Positions 41,724 through 52,699 are shown, numbered from the stretch's first letter. The stretch: DNA of 64,000 bases from Candidatus Moanibacter tarae (GCA_003226295.1 CP029803.1:1481477-1545476), one strand, 5' to 3'. A program made the numbers and translations. Notes: generated from the sequence alone by a model not told the origin.

Positions 41724-42947
41724 ATGAGTGGAATGGTCATTAACGAGATGAAAGGCGATCTTCTGCTGTGCAGTTGGGGCGACACCTTGCAGGCGGAGCA
41801 AGAAGAACACCGTCTAAATACACCCGAACGCATTCGCGATGCACTTATTGAATGGAAGGAGAAGTATAATCTCGCCGGCGTTCTCTGGCGTCAGGAACGG
41901 TGGCTAGACAAATTCGCGAATATTCACCCACATGCCTACAACAAGGTGTCCAAGTATGGCGAGGCTGCTCCACAAGCCGAAGGCTATGAAATAACGCATT
42001 CGGTGGACGACGCCGTCGTCGCTTGTGAGGCAGCTCGTGAAGCCGGTATCAAGATCTTCTGCTACATCGACATGTTTGATGAAGGTCAGCCTTTCCACGT
42101 CGATAGCTGGAACAACAATCACTACTACTGGGAGTCGAAGTTCTTTGCGAAACACCCAGAATTCTATGCCTGTGATCGCACCTGGCAGAACAAACACTGG
42201 GGCGTGCCCGAGTACGCCTATGATCAAGTGCGCGACTACAAGTGCCGCGAAGAGCTCGCCTACCTGGTTGACAACTATTCCTGGGACGGTGTCTACATAA
42301 GTACCCGAGGTCATCGTCTCTCCGCGGTGAATGGCGATCAGTACGGCTTCAATGAACCCATCGTCTCAGCCTTCGCGGAGCGGTATGGCGTTGATATCCT
42401 TACGCAGAATTTCGACCTCGAAGCTTGGCGGCGCTTGCGCGGCGAGTTTGTGACGCAGTATATTCGTGAAGTTAGAACGTTATGCGAAGAACGGGGCCTC
42501 GAGCTTGGAATTGGGGTGCCACCGGGCGACTATTTTGGCCCCCCATTGGGCAACCTCTACCTCGATTGGCACACCTGGGTCCAGGACCGCCTCATCGACT
42601 TTATTGTCGTGGGACACGCCAACATAGTCGGCCGACATTTGCGTTTTGGCTACGGCTATCTTAACAGTTATTTCGAAGGAGAGTTCGGTTTGCCCCCACT
42701 TCCGAAGATCCTTGCCAACGACTACGCCCCCTTATGCCAGCAAAACCAGGTCGGGCTCTGGGCGAGTCTAATGATACGACAGCGTCTGGCCCAAGTCTAC
42801 GGGAGGCCGTACACAAATGAAATGCTCAGAGGTATTCCGAACCTCAATGGGCTACAATGGAGTTGGGCAAGCAAAGGCGATAAAATGCTGACAGTTGATC
42901 TAGGCAATGCTCCCTGGGCGTCGGATTTGGCGCCCGAAGGAGTTTAA
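41724..42947 (+). CDS. hypothetical Trp-rich protein (possible TIM-barrel glycoside-hydrolase-like)
   Basis: 407 aa with no recognised catalytic motif. Aromatic-rich and has a long, clean ORF. Inference only. Confidence 0.35.
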   Translation: MSGMVINEMKGDLLLCSWGDTLQAEQEEHRLNTPERIRDALIEWKEKYNLAGVLWRQERWLDKFANIHPHAYNKVSKYGEAAPQAEGYEITHSVDDAVVACEAAREAGIKIFCYIDMFDEGQPFHVDSWNNNHYYWESKFFAKHPEFYACDRTWQNKHWGVPEYAYDQVRDYKCREELAYLVDNYSWDGVYISTRGHRLSAVNGDQYGFNEPIVSAFAERYGVDILTQNFDLEAWRRLRGEFVTQYIREVRTLCEERGLELGIGVPPGDYFGPPLGNLYLDWHTWVQDRLIDFIVVGHANIVGRHLRFGYGYLNSYFEGEFGLPPLPKILANDYAPLCQQNQVGLWASLMIRQRLAQVYGRPYTNEMLRGIPNLNGLQWSWASKGDKMLTVDLGNAPWASDLAPEGV

Positions 42948-43105
42948 ATCCTTAAGGGCTCAGATGATCAAGCCCTCTTGGGGGAGAAACGGAACCTAAC
43001 CTCTGCTGGGAATATACCCCGTTGGAAAGGAATTCCTTATTCAGGATTTGTAAGATTTCGTGAGAAAGGGGATGAGCCGAATAATCAGATTACTTCAGAA
43101 TAAAA

Positions 43106-44089
43106 ATGCGAAAACACCTCATTCTATTACTTTTCACACTCTATATATCCGTTACCCTAACTGCGGATGAAACGTTGTGTAGCGAAATAGCAGAACCCGG
43201 CCCTAGAATTCCAGCTGGGATTGAGATTAAGCGGGCTCTTGCTTATAAGAAAGTCGGAGAAACCACCCTCGCACTGGACCTCTATTTCCCCAAAGGGCAT
43301 TCCAATGAATCGTCATTCCCTCTTATTGTTTACGTCCATGGTGGCGGCTACCGACGAGGCACTCGAGATGAAATTAGCGCTGTCCAATTTATGAATGAAA
43401 CTTTCCTTAAGCCGGTTGCTCAGGGACGTTATGCCCTCGCATCAATCGACTATCGTAAAGCGAGCAAAAAGGCTCCCTTCCCTCTCTTGGTTGAGGATAC
43501 GAGAGATGCCGTTAAGTGGCTCAGCATACGTGCTTCCGAATATCACCTCGACCCTGAACGAATCGGACTAGTCGGAGAAACAAGTGGTGGGCACTTGGTC
43601 TTATTGGCTGGCCTGGACAGCAAAATTGGGGCAGGGAAACCGACCGCCAATGGAAAGCCCCCTCATCCAGCTTCCTTTATCATGGCGTTTGCCCCTCCTG
43701 CTGATCTTACCCGTATCGCGAAAAGCGTTACTGACAGCGGTAAAAAGGGAGATAAGAAGATATATAACCAACTTAAGCTGGGGCTCGGCGGCAGGGTCGA
43801 CGAGATTCCAGAAGCCTATGCAGCTTCCAGTCCTGTAAACTATTTTCATAGCTCTTCCCCACCTACTCTTGTCATTGTGGGAAACCAGGACAAAAGAAGG
43901 GAACAAGCCGAATGGCTTCGGGAAGCCGCCAAGGAAACAACGGCCATGCTTGAAGTGATCGTAATCAAAAACGCAGGGGATCAAGCCTACCGAGGCTACG
44001 AGAATATGACTCCTTCAATTGAGGAACTAAAATCGTACCTTCAGAGCTTCATTTCCAAGCATTTCAACAACACGGTCAGCCACAAATAA
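43106..44089 (+). CDS. alpha/beta-hydrolase fold esterase/lipase (secreted)
   Basis: Signal peptide, the oxyanion-hole motif YVHGGGY, and the nucleophile elbow GETSGGH (GxSxG). Confidence 0.75.
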   Translation: MRKHLILLLFTLYISVTLTADETLCSEIAEPGPRIPAGIEIKRALAYKKVGETTLALDLYFPKGHSNESSFPLIVYVHGGGYRRGTRDEISAVQFMNETFLKPVAQGRYALASIDYRKASKKAPFPLLVEDTRDAVKWLSIRASEYHLDPERIGLVGETSGGHLVLLAGLDSKIGAGKPTANGKPPHPASFIMAFAPPADLTRIAKSVTDSGKKGDKKIYNQLKLGLGGRVDEIPEAYAASSPVNYFHSSSPPTLVIVGNQDKRREQAEWLREAAKETTAMLEVIVIKNAGDQAYRGYENMTPSIEELKSYLQSFISKHFNNTVSHK

Positions 44090-44563
44090 TTCTAATCCAA
44101 GGAAACCGACGAATCTTTGGCGTTTGCACTGACTCAATCCGAATACTAAAAGCCAAACTCTTTCAGGAAGAGAAAAGCTGGAGTTAATCCCCTTCCTTTT
44201 TTAGTTCTCTTAACTTGAATTCATCATCCACTAATTACTTAAATATTATTCTCCATTGATTGCCGCCCTCCTATTCACCGCTACAGTTTCTTTTCCTGAT
44301 CAACGACAGTCCTAGCGGAAAATCTAAACCTCCGAATGATTTATTTACGAATTGACCAACAAGAACTCGATTAATTGGGAAATCTAGTGGAGCAGTCCCC
44401 TGCCAAAGCAGTCACACCATTAGGAAAAAGTTGTTAATATGCTCCATTTTCTCAAGATACTGGGAAGTAATTAGATTTATCACGATTGACAAAAAACAAG
44501 ACCCGCTTCTTCTTTCCAATCTTTATACTTTAACATCACAATCCAAAACTGAGACTATTAATT

Positions 44564-45436
44564 ATGCCAAGTAGCGAGACCGTAGGATTCATTGGAACTG
44601 GAGTTATGGGCCGTAGCATGGCTAACCATCTCCTCGACGCAGGCTACCCTGTAAGCGTCTATAATCGCACCAAGGAAAGGGCAAACTCTCTCTTTGAAAA
44701 AGGTGCAGTCTGGAGAAATTCTCCTGGAGAAGTTGCCGCATCCTCCTCTGTTGTCATTACTATCGTTGGCTTTCCCAATGATGTTGAATCAGTCTACCTC
44801 AGCGAAAATGGGATTGTAGAAAATGCGAATTCGGGATCGCTCCTCATTGATATGACTACTTCAAGTCCGGTCCTTGCTCAAAAGATCTCGCAATCAGCAG
44901 CCGCCAAGGGAGTCGACACGCTTGACGCGCCAGTTTCAGGAGGTGACATCGGGGCTCGCGAAGCTCGTCTTTCTATAATGGTTGGCGGCGAAGAGCAGGC
45001 CTTTGACCGGGCCAAGCCTCTTTTTGACTGCATGGGAAAAAATATCATGCTGATGGGATCGGCTGGAGCCGGCCAACACACTAAAATGAGCAACCAGATC
45101 GCTATTGCCTCAGGAATGATTGGGATTTGCGAATCGATGATCTACGCGAAGCAATCTGGGCTTGATCCCGCACGCGTTGTTCAATGCATTGAGAGCGGTG
45201 CTGCTGGCAGCTGGTCGCTAAGTAATCTAGCTCCTCGCTTCCTCAAAGGTAATTTTGACCCCGGTTTTTTCGTCAAACACTTCATAAAGGATATGAAGAT
45301 TGCGATCGAAGTGGCCGAAGACATGAAACTTGATCTTCCAGGTCTCGCCCTCGCTAAGAGACTCTACGAACAAGTTGTATCAGAAGGTGGTGAAGACTTT
45401 GGCACTCAAGCGCTCTACAAAATCTATGACCGCTGA
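44564..45436 (+). CDS. 3-hydroxyisobutyrate dehydrogenase / 2-hydroxy-3-oxopropionate reductase family NAD(P) oxidoreductase
   Basis: VGFIGTGVMGRSMANHL N-terminal dinucleotide fold, a 6-PGDH-like C-terminal domain, and 290 aa. Confidence 0.8.
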   Translation: MPSSETVGFIGTGVMGRSMANHLLDAGYPVSVYNRTKERANSLFEKGAVWRNSPGEVAASSSVVITIVGFPNDVESVYLSENGIVENANSGSLLIDMTTSSPVLAQKISQSAAAKGVDTLDAPVSGGDIGAREARLSIMVGGEEQAFDRAKPLFDCMGKNIMLMGSAGAGQHTKMSNQIAIASGMIGICESMIYAKQSGLDPARVVQCIESGAAGSWSLSNLAPRFLKGNFDPGFFVKHFIKDMKIAIEVAEDMKLDLPGLALAKRLYEQVVSEGGEDFGTQALYKIYDR

Positions 45437-45504
45437 GTCCTACTGTTCACAATAACGGAAAGTCTATCACCCGAAGTACCAAGATTTGACGCTTCTCGGG
45501 AGGT

Positions 45505-45882
45505 CTAACTCTCGAGGATCTCAATCTCGTATCCATCCGGATCATCCACGAATGCCATTTTAAGTCCAGAGACGAACTGCTCGCGCCAACCGTCAGGCCA
45601 AATCTCCAGACCATTCTTTTCCAAGCGATCACAATATTCTATGATGTCCGGAACTCCAATCGCTAAGTGCATAAGGTCATCTGGTATATTTACCTCATAG
45701 TCGGGCGAATAAGTTAGCTCTAGAGTTGTTTCATTCCCAGGCAATTCGAGGTGCACGATCTGATTTCCGGCAGGCGACTTGTCGTTTCGACTTTTCAAAA
45801 CGAAGTCGAAGTTATCACAATAATAATTTATAGATTTCTCTAAATCACTGACACGCACTCGGGTATGGAGGAATTTATTCAT
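45505..45882 (-). CDS. VOC/glyoxalase I family protein (lactoylglutathione lyase-like)
   Basis: MNKFLHTRVRVSDLEKSINYY N-terminal beta-alpha-beta-beta-beta module and a distal metal-ligand His/Glu. 125 aa. Confidence 0.7.
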   Translation of the reverse strand: MNKFLHTRVRVSDLEKSINYYCDNFDFVLKSRNDKSPAGNQIVHLELPGNETTLELTYSPDYEVNIPDDLMHLAIGVPDIIEYCDRLEKNGLEIWPDGWREQFVSGLKMAFVDDPDGYEIEILES

Positions 45883-46555
45883 AAGCTCCTTGATTGGAGT
45901 TTCTTTCTAAATCGTGGTTCAAATATCGGGCACTAGGAAAATCCCTCAGGGATAGCTGTGCAAACTTAATCGATCTGGAACAAGACTCATATAGAATAGC
46001 TACAAGAGATACAGAAACCCGTGACAAGTACAACCCTGAGGCAGTCCATACAAAACAGTATTGTGCAGATCTCAGAAAGCCCTCGCCTGGATATCTGACA
46101 GCTGCCCAAGTCTTGTGAAGGTTATAATCTTATATCGCCTTAATTTTGCCAAGTTATCGACTTTAACTGCTCCCTAACTTAACGCATCCATAGCAAACAA
46201 AACCCGAGATCAATACTCAGGACAAGTTCATCCGGATTTTAAGTTGTATTTCCAATTAAAGGTTCGTTCACAGATTACGGAGACTGTGCATCTGTTCAAT
46301 ATTTTGTCGGCGTTCACGCGATTCAAACTTCAGATTCATTGCACCATGCCACCGGAATACTAATAAATAACAGCAAATTTGACATCCGTTACTTAATAAC
46401 GAAAGGTGCGCTCCTTCTGTTGAGGAGATTTTTTGTTTTGATCCCTTCCATTTATTTACCAGTCGTCGCAGTCAAATTCTTTAGGAAAGCCAAGTCAGGA
46501 ATAAGATTATCTTCTAAATACGGTTGGAAGACGTCACAGAATTTTGAACAAACCC

Positions 46556-47677
46556 TTAGTGAAAATCGCCCACGTTAATACCTCCCTTGTCCGTATTCCC
46601 GTTGAAAAGCCGACCTCAATCTCAACTAGGCAGCTCAGCGCAAGAGAATACGTCGTTGTTTCGGTAGAATCTGATTCTGGAGAAACGGGACACGGCTACA
46701 CCTATGCTGGAACAGTTGCTGGCTATTCTACCTTATCATTTGTTAAGGACGTCTTTATTCCTCTGATACTGGACTGCGATCCTCACCTTATTGAGCGCCT
46801 CTGGTCGAAAATGTACCAAGAAGTTTTACTCTCAGGTCGCCGTGGAGCTGCCATTCGTGCTCTCTCTGCCGTTGATATCGCACTCTGGGACCTTTTGGCG
46901 AAATCCGCCGGACTTCCTCTCTACCGTCTCCTCGGAGGGAGTTCCGATCGAGTTCCTGCCTATGCTTCTGGCGGTTATTATCGTCCTGGTGATTTGCTTG
47001 AAAATGTACGCGAGGAGATAACAGCTTACCAAGATCTCGGTTTCACTGACTTTAAAATCAAGGTAGGAGGTTCAGATTTTGACACTGATGTCGCCCGCGT
47101 AAAGGTCGCACGTGAAACCATCGGTTCCAGTGGTCGCCTTGCTCTCGATGCAAACAATGCATGGAAGTGGCCCCATGAAGCAATCCGGTTCGCTCGTGCA
47201 GTTGAAACTGCCGATATTTGGTGGCTCGAAGAACCGCTATCACCTGATGATTTCGAGGGGCACGCAGAAGTCGCCCGCACCCTTGAAATTCCGGTTGCCA
47301 CTGGCGAAATTCACGCCACCCGATGGGAATTTCGCCAGCTTATAGAACATCATTCTGCCGATATCCTTCAACCCGACGCCGCTGTTCTTGGAGGGATTTC
47401 GGAATATATGAAAATCGCTCATTGTGCCGCCTCGTTCAATCTTCCATTAGCCCCTCACTGGCACGCGAATCTACATGCCCAGCTCATCGCTGCTGTCAGC
47501 AACGGCCTAACAGTCGAATTTTTTGCCTTAGAACAGGACATCTATAATTTCGAACGCCTCCTTACTCCAGACACCCGCCTAAGGCCAACTAACGGCGAAA
47601 TCTACTTACCCGATCGACATGGAATTGGCATTGAATTTGACCAAGAATCCATCAATCGCTGGAGGGTTAATTCGTGA
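46556..47677 (+). CDS. enolase-superfamily (mandelate racemase/muconate lactonizing) enzyme
   Basis: MR/MLE N-terminal domain, then the KxK context (FKIKVG) and the metal-ligand D/E/D positions (LDANNAW, WLEEP, ILQPD). The GTG start at 46556 is preferred over the upstream TTG. Confidence 0.8.
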   Translation, partial: LVKIAHVNTSLVRIPVEKPTSISTRQLSAREYVVVSVESDSGETGHGYTYAGTVAGYSTLSFVKDVFIPLILDCDPHLIERLWSKMYQEVLLSGRRGAAIRALSAVDIALWDLLAKSAGLPLYRLLGGSSDRVPAYASGGYYRPGDLLENVREEITAYQDLGFTDFKIKVGGSDFDTDVARVKVARETIGSSGRLALDANNAWKWPHEAIRFARAVETADIWWLEEPLSPDDFEGHAEVARTLEIPVATGEIHATRWEFRQLIEHHSADILQPDAAVLGGISEYMKIAHCAASFNLPLAPHWHANLHAQLIAAVSNGLTVEFFALEQDIYNFERLLTPDTRLRPTNGEIYLPDRHGIGIEFDQESINRWRVNS

Positions 47678-47823
47678 TTCACTTAACACACGCAAAATAG
47701 CGTTGAGAATAGTTAAATTGCCCCAATACATCTAACTTATCAGCTAATTCGTTCAATGTACGAACAATCAAAAGGACAAATTTCATCGCCAATGTGGGCA
47801 GGCCGTGAAGTCCACGACTCTAA

Positions 47824-48660
47824 ATGAATTTTGCCCTCCGTCTGGTGATAGGGATTGCGATCGCTTACGGTGCCATCCTTCTTCTTGTTTCATTTTTCCA
47901 ATCTAGCCTAATCTACCGTAACCAGAAACCCAAACCTACTCGGCAAATTGTCCAGGACGGGGGCCTCAGATTCTGGCCAAAAAACAATAACTTGTACCGT
48001 GGTCTGCTGGCAACCACTCCAGCAGAAAAGTCCAAGGGTCTAGTCGTGGTCTTTCACGGCAACGCCGGAACTGCCGCCGATCGCATGCACTATTCTCGAG
48101 CCTTGAACCCACTAGGTTATAATGTTCTACTGGTTGAATATCCGGGCTACGGTGGACGTGATGGAAGCCTAAACGAGAAGTCCTTTGTTTCCGACGCCAA
48201 GGAAACAGTCCGACGCGCCAAGGCCGAATTGGGAGGCCCCATCTATTTATGGGGCGAATCTCTTGGTTGCGGAATTGCGAGCGCCGTTGCTGCGGATCCT
48301 CTAACCCAAGCCGATGGAGTCATTCTAGTAACTCCATGGGATACTCTCGCTGATTTAGTCCAGACTCTTTATTGGTACTTTCCTGCCAAGTGGCTGCTTC
48401 GCGACAAATACGACAACATTCGAAATCTTCAGAAATTTGATAATCCCATCGCCATCCTTGTCGCAGAAAATGATGAGATCATACCCCCCCACCATGCTTT
48501 CCGCCTCTTTGAAAGTCTCTCACCCTCCAAACGCAAATGGATTTTCCAGCGCTCTGGTCACAACAATTGGCCGTCTGATGCGACTGAATTCTGGTGGAAA
48601 GAAGTAATGGACTTCGTCTCTCTTGTAGACGGAAACTCCTCCATTCAAGTAATGCAATAA
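47824..48660 (+). CDS. alpha/beta-hydrolase fold protein
   Basis: N-terminal TM anchor, the VVFHGNAG oxyanion region, and the nucleophile elbow GESLGCG. Confidence 0.7.
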   Translation: MNFALRLVIGIAIAYGAILLLVSFFQSSLIYRNQKPKPTRQIVQDGGLRFWPKNNNLYRGLLATTPAEKSKGLVVVFHGNAGTAADRMHYSRALNPLGYNVLLVEYPGYGGRDGSLNEKSFVSDAKETVRRAKAELGGPIYLWGESLGCGIASAVAADPLTQADGVILVTPWDTLADLVQTLYWYFPAKWLLRDKYDNIRNLQKFDNPIAILVAENDEIIPPHHAFRLFESLSPSKRKWIFQRSGHNNWPSDATEFWWKEVMDFVSLVDGNSSIQVMQ

Positions 48661-48839
48661 CCAATTAATTGGATGTTTTTTCTGTTAAGCCGTACACTCT
48701 ATCTCCTATTTACCACGGAAGTGTGTCCCTTTAGATGTTCAAACCATCTCGTTTCAACACGACAAATTCAGCAAAGAAAAGATTCTCGTTCGTCTAGAAA
48801 CAACTCATACTGCTTTCGTACCCAAGGTCGCTATGACGC

Positions 48840-49214
48840 TCAATAAATTGCGACCACTACTCGATTCCGTTCCACACGCACCGGGTAAGTTTTCACCCGA
48901 CCACGATGTGGATTGGCAATCGCTTCACCTTTTCTAAGGTCAAACTCCCACCCGTGCCAGGGACAAATTAAGATCTCTCCGACCCGATCAAGTACAATCT
49001 CTTCCCCCGGAAGACATGGCTTGATAGCACCGCTTACGAATCCTCTCGAAAGGGAAGCTCCCTGATGAGGGCAAACGTCCCGAAGGGCGAAAAAGGAATC
49101 TTCCTTACGAACGAGAACAATGGCCTTCCCGGCTAATTGTACTCGACAGGCCCGTCCTTTTTCAAAATCGGATACCGCACCAACGTCATACTCATTTGAA
49201 CCCATAGAAATCAA
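48840..49214 (-). CDS. Rieske [2Fe-2S] domain protein
   Basis: CPHQGASL (CxH) and CPWHGWEF (CxxH) Rieske ligand boxes in 124 aa. Start overlaps the amidohydrolase stop. Confidence 0.8.
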   Translation of the reverse strand: MISMGSNEYDVGAVSDFEKGRACRVQLAGKAIVLVRKEDSFFALRDVCPHQGASLSRGFVSGAIKPCLPGEEIVLDRVGEILICPWHGWEFDLRKGEAIANPHRGRVKTYPVRVERNRVVVAIY

Positions 49215-50325
49215 CTGCGTTCTCCACCATAATCTTTCTTCTTAGCCTGCGGTCAATGATAGACGGAAGAGACCGATCTGGAGAATCGAAATCCCAGTGC
49301 GGATAATCTGTCGCAAACATCAAAAAATCATCCCGTCCAATCATCTCCATAATCTGCGGTAGGAAGCTCGGTTCCGGAGGCTCTTCCATAGGCTGAGTGG
49401 TCGCCCGAAAGTGGTGAAGGATGTACTCACTTGGAGCTTTCTGCAGCCAGGGGACTTCGCTTCTCAGTCCCCGGTAATTCTTGTCCAATCGCCACATCAG
49501 TGCTGGGATCCAAGCAAATCCCCCTTCTATGAGAACGATACGCAAATCAGGTAACTCCTCAAACACTCCTTCACAAACGAGACTTATGACATGAGTCTCA
49601 AAGGCCTGGGTCATACTTGTGTGATCCTCAATGTAATATGAGGGCCACCCGCAGGCAGTTATTGGATTACCTCCTCCCCCAAAATGAATTCCAACCGGCA
49701 ACCCAGCCTCGGCTGCCGCCCGGAAAATTGGTCGAAATTCACGGCGCCCGTAGGGAGAATGGGATCTAACCAACAAAAGCACCTGTACAAAACGTGAATC
49801 ATCCGCTAGTCGAAGTATCTCCTCCCCCGCTGCCTCAGGATCATGGCTATTGACGACAATCGATCCTCGCCAACGGGGGTCCGAATCTAACCATACCTCC
49901 AACATCCAATCGTTCATCGCCCTCATCAATACGTTTGCAAGATCGATATTATATACTGATGAAATCCCCATCAGAGGATTGAGAATAGCCAGGTCAACGC
50001 CCCATTTCTCAATTAACTGCTCCCGCGAGAATCCTGGGTTTGTTCCAGGTTTTTTACCGTCCGGAGGCCATGCATCCCTCCGGGCTGCCATTTCGAAGAG
50101 TTTGGGGTAAATAGAAACTCCTGGTAACGGCATTCCAGATTGTTCAATATAGGTTCTCCACCGCGAAGAGAGAAAGGGAAAAAGATCCTCCATCCCGTTG
50201 GGATAGTTGTGAACGTCAGCATCAATCAAATTTAGCCCTTTTGCCAAATCTACTTCTACATCCCCCCCCGATACAGACGTTTTCATATTTGTTCCCTCTT
50301 CAAAAGCTGGAGCCAGATTTGACAC
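49192..50325 (-). CDS. amidohydrolase-2 (ACMSD-like metal-dependent hydrolase/decarboxylase) family protein
   Basis: TIM-barrel amidohydrolase_2 pattern with the N-terminal IDADVH metal-ligand motif and a distal FATDYPHWD. 377 aa. Confidence 0.65.
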   Translation of the reverse strand: MSNLAPAFEEGTNMKTSVSGGDVEVDLAKGLNLIDADVHNYPNGMEDLFPFLSSRWRTYIEQSGMPLPGVSIYPKLFEMAARRDAWPPDGKKPGTNPGFSREQLIEKWGVDLAILNPLMGISSVYNIDLANVLMRAMNDWMLEVWLDSDPRWRGSIVVNSHDPEAAGEEILRLADDSRFVQVLLLVRSHSPYGRREFRPIFRAAAEAGLPVGIHFGGGGNPITACGWPSYYIEDHTSMTQAFETHVISLVCEGVFEELPDLRIVLIEGGFAWIPALMWRLDKNYRGLRSEVPWLQKAPSEYILHHFRATTQPMEEPPEPSFLPQIMEMIGRDDFLMFATDYPHWDFDSPDRSLPSIIDRRLRRKIMVENAVDFYGFK

Positions 50326-50371
50326 TAGTATCTAGGAATTGTCGAACCGTGTTTATATCAAGCAGCATTTT

Positions 50372-51568
50372 CTATTTCTCTCCCTCTCTCCTTCCCAAGT
50401 AAAGGAGTACCAATGCAAAAATTGGGCTTCCCACAGCAGTCAAGGGCAGAATCCAATAGACTTTGCCGAAAACCGAAAGGAGCAGAATAAGATATATAAA
50501 ATCCCGATTACCTAAAGCATCCATGATTTTCGAGATTCTACTCGATCTCGTCCTAACGACGGAGGAAAACGAGGGGATTTCGGTCCGGGCCCAAAACACT
50601 GATTTTCGGTACACTAACCATGCCGTCCACAACACACCTGCAATTGCAATAGCTGTTACGAGCAATGGCCATTTCCCCTGATTTCCAATCCACCATCCAA
50701 TCCCCATACAAAAAAATACAGCAGAATGTACTAAATTATCCCCCCAAAGATCGAGCTTCATACCTATTCGTGACTCCTGAAACCGAAGCCGCGCTAGTTC
50801 CCCATCACATCCGTCAATTATCGCATGAATGAGAAAGAGAAGTGCACCAGTAAATTGATCTATGGCTCGTGCCGAAAGAAAATACGGGCTACTCGATAAC
50901 CCAATTCCAACACTAAAAATTGTCCACAGATTTGGTGAGATTGGCGTCGATACAAGATGCCTAGAAATTGCCAAGGAGATTCGACGATGGAAATGACGGG
51001 CGATAAGGGAATCACTTTTCTTGATCAATCGCTCGAGGAGCCAGCTCTCGGCCTTATCAATCCCTGCGCCACTAGGAATCAAGGTCCGACCTTGATGGTC
51101 TACCTCAAGTAATTCTGTCTCAATCTCTCGATCAAAGACAAGACCTAGATCCTCTTCGCTTCGCCCATATCGGGTCGACGGAAACAATTTTAATGACTTT
51201 TTCGTTTCGATAGCAGCAGCCACCCCAGTGTCACAATAGAGTCGATCTGGTTTCAGTGGTGTCTCCAACAAAGTTTTGAGCCAAGTGGCGTCTGGGAGTA
51301 CACCCCCGACCATGAATACGATCCTCCTGAATCCAGCCAAATCTAACGTCGCATCCAACGATTTAAACTCTACGGTCGTCCCCTCCAGGATTTTTGTCAC
51401 CTCACGGTCCTCTCTCACGGCCACCCAGATGTTGTCAAATCCCGCTCTTTTAGCAGAGAGAACCATCCGGCGAATTAATGGCAATCCAAGTATAGGCTGA
51501 TCCAGTCTAACCGACTCATCTAATTCATCGGGCCAAAGAAAAACAACCAATTGCGATGAAGTCTCCAT
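50372..51568 (-). CDS. two-domain CDP-alcohol phosphatidyltransferase with N-terminal nucleotidyltransferase-like domain (IPCT/DIPPS-like architecture)
   Basis: The C-terminal membrane domain carries an intact D-G-x2-A-R-x8-G-x3-D-x3-D motif (CDGELARLRFQESRIGMKLDLWGD). The roughly 200-aa soluble N-terminal domain has an NTP-transferase-like pattern (PILGLPLIRRMVLSAKRAG) but lacks the Gly-rich loop. The start is taken at METSSQ. Confidence 0.6.
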   Translation of the reverse strand: METSSQLVVFLWPDELDESVRLDQPILGLPLIRRMVLSAKRAGFDNIWVAVREDREVTKILEGTTVEFKSLDATLDLAGFRRIVFMVGGVLPDATWLKTLLETPLKPDRLYCDTGVAAAIETKKSLKLFPSTRYGRSEEDLGLVFDREIETELLEVDHQGRTLIPSGAGIDKAESWLLERLIKKSDSLIARHFHRRISLAISRHLVSTPISPNLWTIFSVGIGLSSSPYFLSARAIDQFTGALLFLIHAIIDGCDGELARLRFQESRIGMKLDLWGDNLVHSAVFFCMGIGWWIGNQGKWPLLVTAIAIAGVLWTAWLVYRKSVFWARTEIPSFSSVVRTRSSRISKIMDALGNRDFIYLILLLSVFGKVYWILPLTAVGSPIFALVLLYLGRREGEK

Positions 51569-51688
51569 CCTAAAGATTAAATCGTAAAGCAACCGCCTTC
51601 AGTTATCCAGATAAACCTTGTCCGTGAAAAGAAGTCGGAAAGGTTGCTTTTTTCTAGACCGCTAAACTCCCACCTAATTCCTATCTAA

Positions 51689-52699
51689 TTAACGGATCTT
51701 TCCTTCATTCTTGAACCAATTGATACTTTCCAAGAGAGATGTACGACAGTCTCGCATGGGCGGCAAATCTAGTTTTTCAGCCGACCGACTACCGTTAAAA
51801 TGTAGAATTCGCTTTGTTAGCTTTACCCCAGTCACAGTGGCCATCGGTAGTTTTCGAGAGTTGAATAGATAGCGAATCCATTCTTCAAAATAGGCAAAAG
51901 TCAGCGCAACGGTATAAGGGATCCGCCGCTGGGGCGCAGGACGATCCACCAGTTTAGAGAGATATCGAAACAAATCGACAATCGTCCAATTCTCGTGGAC
52001 CAGGAGATAGCTCCTTCCCACTTCACCTCTCTGTGCAGCTATCCAGATTCCGGCTGCGACATCCCTAACATCAATAAAGTTAAGATACCCATCGAGATAG
52101 GCCTTAATTCGCCCATTGCAAAAGTCGCAAATCATTCGAGAAGGAGGACCCATGTTCCGATCGCCTGGACCAATTGGAATACTCGGACGGACAATAACTA
52201 CAGGATCGCCGGATTCCGCAGCCTCTCTGGCTGCCTCTTCAGCTAGCCACTTACTCTCACAATAGGGCCCTATCATATCCTCAAAGTCAGTTTGAGTCTC
52301 TTCAGTGATGACACCTTTCATTCCCTTCGGAGATAGTATGGACTCAGTCGAAACATGCACTATCCTCCCGGCTCCTGCTTTTCGCGCAGCCGAAAGCACA
52401 TTTCGAGTCCCTTGGTGATTGACCTGCTCAAACTCCTCTGAGTCTCGTGCCCAGAGATTAGGGTTCGCCGCTAGATGTAAGACCACTTGGCAGCCTTCTG
52501 CCGCATTTTTTACTCCCAAAGGGTCACGAAGATCGACATGAACAATCTCAACCCTATCCGAAGGCAGGTGATGCGTGAGAGCCCCGGGCTTCTCCAGTAC
52601 TCTTACCTCGCAGCCTTCATCCACAAGCATCTTTACAAGATGCGAACCCACAAAACCGGCCCCTCCAGTTACCAATACCTTCCTTTTATTTTCAGCCAC
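51689..52699 (-). CDS. NAD-dependent epimerase/dehydratase (extended SDR; HpnA-like)
   Basis: KVLVTGGAGFVGSHLVKMLVDEGCEV Rossmann motif, the YxxxK context (YCESK), and 336 aa. Confidence 0.8.
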   Translation of the reverse strand: MAENKRKVLVTGGAGFVGSHLVKMLVDEGCEVRVLEKPGALTHHLPSDRVEIVHVDLRDPLGVKNAAEGCQVVLHLAANPNLWARDSEEFEQVNHQGTRNVLSAARKAGAGRIVHVSTESILSPKGMKGVITEETQTDFEDMIGPYCESKWLAEEAAREAAESGDPVVIVRPSIPIGPGDRNMGPPSRMICDFCNGRIKAYLDGYLNFIDVRDVAAGIWIAAQRGEVGRSYLLVHENWTIVDLFRYLSKLVDRPAPQRRIPYTVALTFAYFEEWIRYLFNSRKLPMATVTGVKLTKRILHFNGSRSAEKLDLPPMRDCRTSLLESINWFKNEGKIR

